Shown one piece after another: positions 12,302-24,055 of a stretch of 64,000 nucleotides of DNA. A program made the translations under genes and the position numbers. The DNA comes from Octopus sinensis (taxonomy: Eukaryota), in contig NC_043014.1 in NCBI RefSeq assembly GCF_006345805.1, forward strand, positions 7,874,001 to 7,938,000, written 5' to 3'. The notes beneath the pieces were generated by a model, which worked only from the letters and a program-made list of their open reading frames with translations, searched no databases and was not told the DNA's origin. How positions within the stretch are numbered: the first letter of the stretch is position 1; each line of letters begins with the position of its first letter.

Positions 12302-12705
12302 TCTATATATATAAAACTGTAGTTGTGTGAGTGTCTGTCCCCTTCGATTTAGATTCCTAACTACTCCCACATTTTTCGGTGCAGTGTAACCAAAAGCGGG
12401 TATCTTATAGTCGTGATTCATATTGAGCCCTTCTGGGTATTAGCGCGCGTCTACGATGAGTCTACGATTTAAAAAGAAAAAAAACCCCATCATTTTTTCC
12501 CATTTTTAATGCATTTTTTGCTATTATATAAGGGAAGTAACTCTCTAAAAATGTATTATTAAATTTCAGAACGTAAAAAGCTACAGTAACACCCCCCCTC
12601 TTTGTGGTTAGCCATATTGAGATGGCTATTATACTTTACATCTCTAAAAATGCTTATATAGTTATTTCCCTTACAAACCCGAACAACGCCGGGGGATACT
12701 GCTAG
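12302..12705 (+). mobile_element. Non-autonomous Helitron (second subfamily)
   Basis: 5' TC..TATATATAAAA, 3' CCCGAACAACGCCGGG hairpin + GATACTGCTAG|T; internal segment shared with 42405-42780. Confidence 0.85.
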
Positions 12706-12818
12706 TTACATTATATAATTAGCTCAGTTTCATTAACATATGCAGTATTAGCAATCTGAATTCAACTCATTCATTTCACTTGGAAGGTGATGTTATTAAA
12801 GTTTTACTACATATCTAA

Positions 12819-13215
12819 CTAGCAGTATCGCCCGGCGTTGCTCGGGTTTGTAAGGGAAATAACTATATAAGCATTTTTAGAGAGTTATAGCCAAAAAATA
12901 GCAAAAATGCATTAAAAATGGAAAAAAAATTATGGTAAATGTTTTTTTAAATCGTTGACTCATCGTAGACATTTTTAGAGAGTTACTTCCCTCATTTAAT
13001 AGCAAAAAAAAAATGCATTAAAATGGAAAAATATGATGGTAATTTTTTTTTAATCGTAGACTCATCGTAGACGCGCGCTAATACCCAGAAGGGCTCGATA
13101 TGAATCACGACTATAAGATACCCGGTTTTGGTTAAACTGCACCGCAAAATGTGGGAGTAGTTAGGAATCTAAATCGTAGGAGACAGACACACAACCTTAC
13201 TTTTATATATAAAGA
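12819..13215 (-). mobile_element. Non-autonomous Helitron
   Basis: Canonical TC...hairpin...CTAG ends on minus strand. Confidence 0.9.
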
Positions 13216-13731
13216 CTAGCAGTATCGCCCGGCGTTGCTCGGGTTTGTAAGGGAAATAACTATATAAGCATTTTTAGAGAGTTACTTCCCTCATAGATGC
13301 CAATTCGGGCTTTCTTAGCCATTTCTGTTTTGGTGTCTTCAAGCCATGAAGTCGTTGATCTAAAAGAACGCTGGTCTCCTTGACAACGCTTTACGACGTT
13401 GATTTCCTTACTCTCCCTTCCCCACAGCTTCACGAGGGAGGGAAGAAAGGGGAGAAGCAAACACAGGTGCAGGTGTTTGAGCGTGGACGCCAACTCCGCC
13501 GCCATCGACACACGAAAAATTATGCATTAAAATGGAATAAAAAATTATGTTAAATTATTTTTAAAATCGTAGACTCATCGTAGACGCGCGCTAATACTCA
13601 GACGGGCTCGATATTAATCACGACTATAAGATACCCGAATTTGATTAAACTGCACCGCAAAATGTGGGAGGAGTTAGGAATCTAAATCGTAGGAGACAGA
13701 CACCACACAACCTCACTTTTATATATAAAGA
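13216..13731 (-). mobile_element. Non-autonomous Helitron, tandem with previous copy, carrying a ~220-bp foreign insert
   Basis: Its 3' CTAG abuts the 5' TC of the next copy; 13294-13513 is absent from sister copies. Confidence 0.88.
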
Positions 13732-13841
13732 TATTATTGCTACTTAGTGTTCGGTGATAACTTATGCGCACTTAAAATGTATTTAATACAGGAAATAACT
13801 TGTTTGCAAAGGGTTAGGGTTCCAGTACGTGTTCCTTAGGT

Positions 13842-13895
<54 letters not shown>

Positions 13896-13908
13896 CGTGT
13901 GTATATTA

Positions 13909-14294
13909 CTCTTTCTCTTTTACTCTTTTACTTGTTTCAGTCATTTGACTGCGGCCATGCTGGAGCACCGCTTTTAGTCGAGCAAATCGACCACCAGGAC
14001 TTGTTCTTCGTAAGCCTAGTACTTATTCTATCGGTCACTTTTGCCGAACCGCTAAATTACGGGGACGTAAACACACCAGCATCGGTTGTCAAGCGATGTT
14101 GGGGGGACAAACACACATATATACATATACATATATACGACAGGCTTCTTTCAGTTTCCATCTACCAAATCCACTCACAAGGCATTGGTCAGCCCGGGGC
14201 TATAGTAGAAGACACTTACCCAAGATGCCACGCAGTGGGACTGAACCCGGAACCATGTGGTCGTAAACAAGCTACTTACCACACAGCCACTCCT
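13909..14294 (-). mobile_element. CORE-type tRNA SINE
   Basis: Reverse complement of 8211-8670 family. Confidence 0.9.
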
Positions 14295-14297
14295 ATG

Positions 14298-14347
<50 letters not shown>

Positions 14348-14596
14348 TGTGTGTGCGTGTATGTGTGTGTATACAAATAGATTTGTGAATTTTCGGTGGG
14401 ACAGAAGTATTTTTTTACTTCTATCATTAGCGATATAGGTACGCATGTTGTACCTTTGTGTATATATGTACACATCTAATATTGTATGTATATATTTTAT
14501 TATTTTATATGTATATATATTCTTATAAATATACATATATATATACACATATATATGTACATATTCATATATATGTACATATATATATATATACAT

Positions 14597-14649
<53 letters not shown>

Positions 14650-14703
14650 TTTTGTACTTGTTTCAGTCATTTGACTGCGGCCATGCTGGAGCACCGCCTT
14701 TAG

Positions 14704-14869
14704 AGTGGTGAAAGAGTACAGCAGGGATCACCACCATCCCCTGCCGGAGCCTCGTGGAGCTTTTAGGTGTTTTCGCTCAATAAACACACACAACGCCCGG
14801 TCTGGGAATCGAAACCGCGATCCTCCGACCGCAAGTCCGCTGCCCTAACCACTGGGCCATTGCGCCTCC
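14704..14869 (-). mobile_element. Second tRNA-derived SINE family, 5' portion
   Basis: Head GGAGGCGCAATGGCCCAGTGGTTAGGGCAGCGGAC...GGTTTCGATTCCC; full copy at 28075-28457. Confidence 0.85.
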
Positions 14870-14892
14870 ACTCATATATATATATATATATA

Positions 14893-15294
14893 TATCCGTA
14901 ATAATGAAGGGTGAAATTAATTAATTTGGAATAATTATCAATTACACCAAGTAGTCTTCGGCATGTAAAAGCCTCATTCGAGGAAAATTTAAGTAATACT
15001 AAGCAATAAAGGGTTTAGCAACGAATTGCCTTACCACATACCGAATTTACCTGTTTGTGTCTGCCTTCCAATTGCTGTTTTTACTGAGATCTCCCTTTTT
15101 AGTAGAAGAAATAGCTATAACTCTTTGACTGCTATTTCTAAATTCGGTATGTGGTAAGGCAATTCGTTGCTAACCCTTTATTGCTTAGTATTACTTAAAT
15201 TTTCCTCGAATGAGGCTTTTACATGCCGAAGACTACTTGGTGTAATTGATAATTATTCCAAATTAATTAATTTCACCCTTCATTATTACGGATA
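14893..15294. repeat. Inverted repeat, ~156-bp arms and 89-bp spacer; spacer plus part of right arm re-duplicated at 15641-15781
   Basis: 14893-15049 is the reverse complement of 15139-15294; 15641-15781 nearly matches 15048-15188. Confidence 0.85.
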
Positions 15295-15788
15295 ACCATA
15301 TTTTATCTCAGTAGATGACCACAGCATCTTGTTTTGGCTACACGCGGGTGGGAAGGGGCTGGTGACACAATCTTTTCATTCACGCATTGAATTTGGTGAT
15401 ACTAGTTGCGGATTCTAGCTCGCTCTGATACTGAGTTGAGTTGGTGCCTTCTAGTATCTCAAAATTCAATATATAATCATTTATGATTATAGTATTCTAC
15501 GCTGAAGAGAAAAGAAGTTTTTGGTAAGATAGAATTATTTAATATTTAATTCTTATGCTTTCCTAAAGACTTGATTTCGAAACGTACGTCCGTAGATAAC
15601 TTAAAATTGTATGATAGATTGCCGTCAATTCATTCTCTCTTACCTGTTTGTGTCTGCCTTCCAATTGCTGTTTTTACTGAGATCTCCCTTTTTAATAGAA
15701 GAAATAGCTATAACTCTTTGACTGCTATTTCTAAATTCGGTATGTGGTAAGGCAATTCGTTGCTAAACCCTTTATTGCTTACTATATA

Positions 15789-15842
<54 letters not shown>

Positions 15843-15879
15843 GTATATGTATATATGCGTATATATATGTATATATATA

Positions 15880-15945
<66 letters not shown>

Positions 15946-16544
15946 GAGAAAGAAGCAACAAGAATGGATTGGTTTTTAGTACAATTGTTTCATACAAAGA
16001 CAGGCTTTATTACAAGTTGCAAAAATTGCAGCAGATAAAAGTGTCCCGTACTCATCAGCTAAAATACATTTGAGTTCTCTAGACATCTTAGTGGGTGAGG
16101 TTATACTCATGAGATATTGGAGATAGTTCCATTAGAGGCAGATATAGGTTGTAAACAGTTTTCCAAAGTTCCTTAATGATGATGCACAGTCTTATCACAG
16201 ATTTTTAAAAAACTTATTAGTTTCGAAGAGAAGATGAATCAATCCATAGTGTAGATTTAAATTTTCAGAGATATGAAGAGGATGATGCACAGACTTATCA
16301 CAGGTTTTTAAAGACTTATTAGCTTCACAGAAAAGGTGAATTAATCCATAGTGAAGATTTACATTTCCAGTGGTAAGATGAGGGATTTCATACTCACAGA
16401 CGATGTATTTAACCATTTTTAATCCACAATCATTTCATGCTATATGATAAGGTAATTTGCCATGTTATTGCTCTCCGTGCAAAACTGCTATGTTGAGAAT
16501 TCTAAAGGCTGAAGGAATTTATTTGTGGGGCAAAGAAAAGAAAA

Positions 16545-16672
16545 TAAGATAAAAGAAAAAGGAAAGAGACAAGGAAAAAAGGAAAAGAAAAAGGAGAAGA
16601 AGAAATAAGGAAAAGAAAGAGAAAGAAAAAGAAAAAAAGAAAAAGAAGAAAAAGGAAAAGAAAGAAAGAAAG
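16545..16672. repeat. Polypurine (A/G) low-complexity tract
   Basis: Near-pure A/G run seen directly. Confidence 0.9.
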
Positions 16673-16714
16673 TTTATATATATATGTATATATATATATA
16701 TATATATTCTATAT

Positions 16715-16748
<34 letters not shown>

Positions 16749-16865
16749 CGCATATACATGTACATATTCATATATTTGTACACATATATATATATATATA
16801 TATACATACACCCTCCACACACATATATATATATATATTTATGTATATGTATATATGCGTATATA

Positions 16866-16940
16866 TATTTCGTTTTGGGATTTGGTTTACAAGATTCTTT
16901 AAGGCACAAAAAGAAAATGACTCTCACCAGACACAACAGA
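16866..16940. mobile_element. Rearranged fragment of hairpin family B (see 28545-28842)
   Basis: Contains GGCACAAAAAGAAAATGACTCTCACCAGACACAACAGAATAT and, inverted, the family end TTTCGTTTTGGGATTTGGTTTACAAGATTCTTTA. Confidence 0.65.
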
Positions 16941-17328
16941 ATATATATAAATATATATATATGTAAACAAAGTTAAATGCGATACAATAAAATTAATTAT
17001 AATCGCCGGTGTGCCAGTACACGCCATATATTATTCATATATAAATTACATTCAAGGCGAAGTGTGCACTAGATACACAAAAGCTGGATAAATTTAGTGA
17101 GATGAAAATTAAAAACTTTTACAAACTTAGCTTTTCTTATACTGCAGTTTCGCCAAATTCAGTAATAAAAATAATATTTATTTACTCAGGCTGGCTCTTC
17201 AGTAAGATTCCTGTTAATTATGGGAAGACCATATTAATAGACCCATGTGTGTCTATTGAAATGCTCTTTCTAAACTATTCAAAACACTGCGCAATATATG
17301 ATGTATGTATGTATGTGTGTGTGTGTGT

Positions 17329-17698
17329 TATCGTTAAGCTAACATGGAAGTCCAGGAAAATAGGATGAATGCTGCTGTTGATTAGCTCCAAGAGGCCATC
17401 GCCTCTAGCTAGCTATGTGACACACAAACCTGTGTCCATTACAACCTTCGAACAGGGGAGGTCAGTAGCGACACCTACTGGATTCAGCTACTCCACATTG
17501 ATAAGGGGCAATCACCTCGAGACTAGTCTGTAAATTTGTAAGGCCAGCAAGGGGAAGCTGATGACCTCCCCTGTTCGAAGGTTGTAATGGAAACAGGTTT
17601 GTGTGTCACATAGTTAGCTAGAGGCGATGGCCTCTTGGAGCTAATCAACGGGCAGCATTCGTCCTATTTTCCTGGATGGCCTTGTTAGCTTGGTGATA
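17329..17698. mobile_element. Foldback/MITE-like element, ~136-bp imperfect arms, 97-bp spacer
   Basis: 17329-17464 vs 17562-17698 inverted; TA at both outer ends. Confidence 0.7.
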
Positions 17699-17824
17699 GC
17701 TATTAATATCCAGTACTACTGCCGTAGTCTCTTTAGAGAGATATAGAAATATTAATGTTTATATGTACATGTATATATACGCATATAAGTATACATTTAT
17801 AAATGTCTATATATGCATATAAAT

Positions 17825-17897
<73 letters not shown>

Positions 17898-19055
17898 GCA
17901 TATATGAATGCATATATATATATGTATGTATATATATGCATATAAATATTTTCATATATAATGATAGGGTTTTTGTAAGGATGTGGGCAGTACTTGTTAC
18001 CACAATCTTTCGGATTTCTCCGAGACATGATTCTCCTGGGACATTATCCAGATTTTTTTACATCACTTTCTTATGATACCTAGGGCACCTACAATAACAG
18101 GAACAGTTCTCGCTTTAAGAAGCTACGCTTTTTGTCTTTCAATTTCCAGGTTCTTATATTTACTTAATTTGCCAAATTCCTTACTGATATATTTTTACCA
18201 ATGAGAACGCTTACATCGGTGCTTCTTTGGAAGCGCACCTCTCCAAGAAAATGACGCCTAATTTCTAAAAAATATAAAAATGGGAAATATATCCAAAATT
18301 AATGAAGCATGCTAAAAATTAGGAGGATTCATCAATTTTTAAATATTTTATGCTAAAAAATAAAATACGGATATCAATATCATTATAAAATAATCCTTAT
18401 CTTATTTTATTCTATATCTTTATTTACATTTCTTTTATACTTTTTATATCATTTTGTAAAAGATATTTTATAAATTTTTATATTTTTTACTATTACATTT
18501 TTATGCATTTATTTACCTTTTTATACATTTATGTAGCTTTTGTGTCTTATGACTGGTTTGGCAGTTTATAATTTATTTTCATAAAACTTACTGTATAATA
18601 TAATATTATATTTTTACATTTGTAATTACACATTATATTTTATAAATTCTTATATTCTATATTTGATATTTTTATACATTTATATATCCTTTTATATATT
18701 TTCATAGTGTTTATAATTTATAAAAAATTTTTGACAATTTATAAGTTTTTTTTATATAGTTCACTGGATATGTGAATGCTTATTTTATTATACTTTTTAT
18801 ACTTTATTATACTTATTTTATTATACTTTTTAATCATGCAGTATATTCATTAAGTGTTTATATACCCGAATGTACCCGAACGTACTCCTGTATACATTTG
18901 GTATATCTGTAATTTAGTTACCGCATATATTGGATACCGTTTCTTACGATATCTTATATTTATCCATCCGTAATGAAGCGAAAGTTTCTTATATTAGTAC
19001 GTTTATATATATTTGTTGTGCAAGATTTTCTATGTGAAGTCGTGTGTTGAGACAG

Positions 19056-19494
19056 ATATTGTTATATTTCGGAATGGTCATTTTGCCAGTTTAGCCAATA
19101 AAAACACACGTACTATATATTTGGTGTTATTTTGCTTCGGTGTTATTTATTTTTTACATTAATCTTAATCTTATTTCGGCCAGAGTTCTTTCGTCACACT
19201 CCTGTGACCGCATCAGTGGTCCTTTGTTTTCTTCTTTCTTATTTGTGTCTCTCCTTACTAACCGTCAGCCATTTTGTATTTCTGACGGTTAGTAAGGAGA
19301 GACACAAATAAGAAAGAAGAAAACAAAGGACCACTAATGCGGTCACAGGAGTGTGACGAAAGAACTCTGGCCGAAATAAGATTAAGATTAATGTAAAAAA
19401 TAAATAACACCGAAGCAAAATAACACCAAATATATAGTGCGTATGTTTTTATTGGCTAAACTGGCAAAATGGCCATTCCGAAATATAGCAATAT
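19056..19494. repeat. Palindrome with 213-bp arms and 13-nt spacer, carrying an HHR-like variant
   Basis: 19056-19268 mirrors 19282-19494 with few mismatches. Confidence 0.9.
19178..19222 (-). ncRNA. Hammerhead-like motif with atypical core
   Basis: ggacca-CTGATGCG-gtcac aggagt gtgac-GAAA-gaa-CTC-tggcc; right-arm copy has CTAATG. Confidence 0.45.
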
Positions 19495-20161
19495 TTCTTA
19501 TATTAGTTTAACGTATACTATAAGTTTCAATTCATACGATAAATTAATTCCATTATACATTCATTATAGAATATCTTTGCCATAATTTTCTTTATACTGT
19601 GTTTAAGAAATGTCTTAATATTTTTTCTTAGATATTAAAGTATCCCATGATTACGCTTTTGATTTAATTTCTAACCTTTTTCTATATACTTGTTTAAATT
19701 TTCTCGCTTTAACATTACAAATTCGCTAAGTTATAATATACAACCTCCCTTATTCCCTGATTCTAAATTCCACCCCTAAATTTTATATTACTTATCCCTT
19801 TGGTTTTTCATTATATTCCCCTTTAATATGATAAATAAATTAATAAAATATCGGCAATTTTCACGACACGGGTATACTTGTTTTGAACATATTCTTCCAG
19901 TACTGTAATGTGTGGTGAAGAGAGTGTATATGTTTGTGAATTCAGAAGTAGTGGAAATATATTGGTTTCAGATTTTGGCACAAGGCCGGCAATTACGAGA
20001 GAGGTAGTAAGTCGATTACACCTACCCCAGTGTTCAACTGGTGCCTATTTTATCAAACACCAGAAAGATAACAGACAAATTCGACAGCAGCGGAACATGA
20101 ACTCAGAAAGCAAAGAAGGGCCAAGTGTTGTTAAACATTTCGGCGTGCATGCTAACGATTC

Positions 20162-20757
20162 TTATTTCTTATTGCCCACAAGGAGCTAAACACAGAGGGG
20201 ACAAACAAGGACAGACAAAGGGATTAAGTCGATTATATCGACCCCAGTGCGTAACTGGTACTTAATTTATCGGCCCCGAAAGAATAAAAGGCAAAGTCGA
20301 CCTCGGCGGAATTTGAACTCAGAACGTAACAGTAGATGAGAAATCTATTTCTTTACTACCCACAAGGGGCTAAATACAGAGGGGACAAACAAGGACAGAC
20401 AAACGGATTAAGTCGATTATATCGACCCCAGTGCGTAACTGGTACTTAATTTATCGACCCCAAAAGGATGAAAGGCAAAGTTGGCCTCGGCGGAATTTGA
20501 ACTCAGAACGTAACAGTAGATGAGATACCTATTTCTTTACTACCCACAAGGGGCTAAACACAGAGGGGACAAACAAGGACAGACAAACGGATTGAGTCGA
20601 TTATATCGACCCCAGTGCGTAACTGATACTTAATTTATCGACCCCGAAAGGATGAAAGGCAAAGTCGACCTCGGCGGAATTTGAACTCAGAACGTAACGG
20701 CAGACGAAATACGGCTACGCATTTCCCCCGGCGTGCTAACGCTTCTGCCAGCTCTCT
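20162..20757 (-). mobile_element. Meta-like SINE concatemer (head unit + two 184-bp units)
   Basis: 3' ends CTATTTC at 20345 and 20529 (184 apart); head ends near 20757. Confidence 0.9.
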
Positions 20758-21889
20758 GCCCCACATGTAGAAAGATTAAAAGTACTTGTGTTTGATACTT
20801 CTAATATATTTCTGAATCAAAGATCGCTGGTTATTTCAGATTTACCAAACAAGGGTGTTTAAATTTGTTTGTTTGTTTGTTTCTTTCTTTTTATGAATAT
20901 GTGCATACACACATATATTAAGTGCTTATATATACATATATACTCAAATTCACTATTGTTTGTTGACTATAGGACTGATCATAAATTGTGGGGAAAATAA
21001 ACACAGTTCCACTTAGTAAATAATACATCTTAATAAAAGGATGAGGTCAACTGGTTTTCATTCGCATCAAACCGGTCTAAGCTTCTAATAAATACTTGTT
21101 TTTGAAGAAAAGGGAAACGGGAGCGGCTGCCTTCGTGGGCGTTTGGCATTGTAAACAACAGAAAATAAAAAATTCGGTTAGTGGCTATTTTTTTATTTCT
21201 TGATTCCCTGTAGTTTAAGGATTTTTTTTTGTATTATTCCAGCATGTGAATCAATTTCTTTAAAAAATTTCACATGGTTGTTTTGACATGCATTTGAGTT
21301 TACGTTCTCATGAGTTCACGTTCTGACTATGGCAGAAGTTATTTTTTTGAAATTAGAGAATTTTGGGAATGAAATATGATTAATCTGAAATAAACTGAAA
21401 TAAACGGCGGTGCCCCAGAATGGCCACAGCTTGTGAGCTGAAACTAGATAAAAAATAAATAAATAAATAAATAAATAAATAAAAAACTATCCTCTTTATA
21501 AATGTAGATTATACTCTTCATAAATGTTATTCAGAGAGATTATAATTAATTGGAGATTTCATTCCTGACATTAATGTGTAATAATTCTACCGAAAGATAA
21601 TTAGAAAATTAAAATTCAAACGCGTAAAAAGTTAAAAGACACAGTTTAAAACATAATCATATTATTAATATTCCTAAGATTGAATTGAACTCGAAAAGCT
21701 AAAACTGAAGTAAAATTTTTAAAAAAATTTTAATTGATTCGTTAGATTTGTGGTTTAAATGTATATTTGCAAAAACTTAAAAAGACGAGCGAAAATAGTT
21801 AGAGTGGGATAAGAAAATAATATCAAGAGAAATATTAAATACAACGTTCACTTTTCTATCGTTGGGCTCCCACCCGGTTCTCGAAGTCA

Positions 21890-22190
21890 AGGCCATTTCC
21901 CCAAGCATATCGATCCATAATCGCCATCTTCAGACCGTGGATAGAATCCGATGCTGTCCCCTACTTCAGGTTGTTGATACATGTTAAACGAGGTCTCTCT
22001 CGTTTGTCGGTAACGTGCCGTGTTTTCCAGAGCACAAGTTTTGATGCTTCGTCTTCCTGGTGTCGCACACAATGACTTAATACGCGCAAACGTCGTTCTT
22101 TAAGCTTGTTTTTCACTTTTGAAAGGCTTCCATAGAGACGCTCATTGGTCTTGTGCCACCGCCATTCAGGGCTATTCGTAGTATTCGAAT
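21890..22190 (-). pseudogene. RTE-type LINE C-terminal fragment
   Basis: TNERLYGSLSKVKNKLKERRLRVLSHCVRHQEDEASKLVLWKTRHVTDKRERPRLTCINNLK resembles RTE (RRLRFAGH...RGRP). Confidence 0.7.
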
Positions 22191-22195
22191 ATATC

Positions 22196-22408
22196 TCTTT
22201 TACTCTTTTACTTGTTTCAGTCATGTCACTGTGGCCATGCTGGAGCACCGCCTTTAGTCGAGCAAATCGACCCCAGGACTTATTCTTTGTAAGCCTAGTA
22301 CTTATTTTATCGGTCTCTTTTCTGACGAACCGCTAAGTTACCGGGACGTAAACACACCAGCATCAGTTGTCAAGCGATGTTGGGGGGACAAACACAGACA
22401 CACAAATA

Positions 22409-22410
<2 letters not shown>
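22196..22410 (-). mobile_element. CORE-type SINE, 3' half
   Basis: Family match. Confidence 0.85.
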
Positions 22411-22446
<36 letters not shown>

Positions 22447-22449
<3 letters not shown>

Positions 22450-23262
22450 TTTTAATCCAAAAGGGAAACAAAAAAACAACAACAACAGGAACAATTACAG
22501 TATTATTATTAATAGGCGCTCAGGAGATGGAAGCAGGGAGGTATGACGTTTCGAGCGGAGCTCTTCGTCGGAAACATAAAGAAGGAAGAGAGAGGAAAGA
22601 AAGATCCCAGAGCGGGCAACAGGGAAAGAGAAAAAAGACGACTGGTGTTTACGAGTTGCACATGGTGAAAGGCGGATGTTGACGATAACAAGAGCAAAGT
22701 GGGTTTTTAAAGGCAAAAGAGTGGAGACAAGGTTGGTAACCCAACAGATGTGTGTGTATGTGTGAGTGTGTGCGTGTGCGTGTGTGTATGTGTGTGTGTG
22801 AGGCGAGATGAAAAAACAAAAAAATATGTGTGTGTTAGTGTGTGCGTCTGTGTGTAGGCGTGTGGGGTAGGGCGAGACTAATGGTCAGCTAGCAGACGAG
22901 GTCAGTAGTAAGAAAAAGAAGGAAGGAGGAAGGGAGGTCAGTAGTAAGAAAAAGAAGGAAGGAGGAAGGGAGGGAGGGGAAGGGGTGGGGGCGTGTGTAG
23001 CGTGCCAGCGTGTGTTGAGTAGTAGTGTGTGTGTGTGTCCAGTGTCGTGGTGGTATTAATGGCGAGTAGATTGAATGTGTGTAAGAGTGATGTATATATA
23101 TAGGCAAGGTGTGTATATGTGTGCGCGTGTGTGTAACGAAAAAGGGGGGGGTTAAGGAAAAAGGACTCCAGCTGAGGGGAAGATGGAAGAGTGGTACCGC
23201 GGAGACAGGCGTGGGAAAACCCAACGACACGCGACGGTCCCAGGAACGGGCGGGAGGTCTCG
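22447..23262 (-). mobile_element. Solo pseudo-LTR of the Penelope-like element at 51170-58310
   Basis: Near-identical to 51170-51950; internal ~38-bp duplication near 22899-22975. Confidence 0.9.
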
Positions 23263-23458
23263 CCATGTTGATTCGCTAGATTCTGCACGCATTTTTTTTC
23301 TCTCCTTGTTTCTTTTCTGTGTATCTTTCTGTTGAAGAGCGTAGGCTCGAAACGTAAAAGACTTGTTTTATTTATATTCCTGAGCGCCATACTAATACAA
23401 TTGTTTGTTTGTATTCCACCTGCCTTCGTCTTTGTTTATTTTCATAAAGCTTCCCGTT
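23263..23458 (+). mobile_element. 3' terminus of a different PLE family with HHR variant
   Basis: tcttt-CTGTTGA-a gagc gtag gctc-GAAA-cg-TA-aaaga at 23324-23361, followed by TTCCTGAGCG as in family F; ends in (TA)n. Confidence 0.7.
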
Positions 23459-23466
23459 ATATATAT

Positions 23467-23528
<62 letters not shown>

Positions 23529-23530
23529 TA

Positions 23531-23692
23531 CAACGGGCTTCTTTCAGCTTCCGTCTACCAAATCTACTCACAAGGCTTTGGTCGACCCGAGGCTATAGTA
23601 GAAGACACTTGCCCAAGGTTCCACGCAGTGGGACTGAACCCGGAACCATGTGGTTCGTAAGCAAGCTACTTACCACACAGCCACTCCTACGC
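23531..23692 (-). mobile_element. CORE-type SINE, 5' half
   Basis: Family match. Confidence 0.85.
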
Positions 23693-24045
23693 AAAAAATT
23701 AGAAAAACCTACCTTTTATCAATTCAAAATGAACAATTAAATTACACCATCTAGAATTGTTACTCTACAATTTATATACGTTATTATTATTATTATTATT
23801 ATTATTACTTTGCAATTTACTTAATCTTTGACATTTTATTGTTATTTTAATGCTAATATTTCTATTATATGTAATTTTGTAGATGGTGTAATTTAATTGT
23901 TCATTTTGAATTGATAAAAGGTGGGTTTTTTTCTAATTTTTTTATATATATATTATATTGTGTGAAATTTGATTTAGTATTTCTAAATTGAATTCTTTTC
24001 CTTGTAAGTTTTGGATTTTATTCCCTCAAATATTAATAATTTATA
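23693..24045. mobile_element. Asymmetric inverted repeat (~61-bp arms) with PLE-like tail
   Basis: 23693-23753 inverts 23880-23942; tail TTTGGATTTTATTCCCTCAAATATT resembles the family A end. Confidence 0.55.
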
Positions 24046-24055
24046 AATATATATA

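Noticed and set aside
15070-15240. Hammerhead-like strings CTGAGA..GAAATAGCTATA and CGAATGAGGC..GCCGAAG
   Set aside because: Cores deviate at invariant positions and stem I is unconvincing.
16190-16390. ~100-bp degenerate tandem duplication as a functional array
   Set aside because: Only two diverged copies; an ordinary local duplication.
17558-17600. Hammerhead at CTGATGA...GGAAAC
   Set aside because: No stem II closes next to GAAA and no stem I/III pairing found.
18280-18840. Mitochondrial control-region insertion (numt)
   Set aside because: Only extreme AT/T richness; no mitochondrial gene or tRNA nearby.
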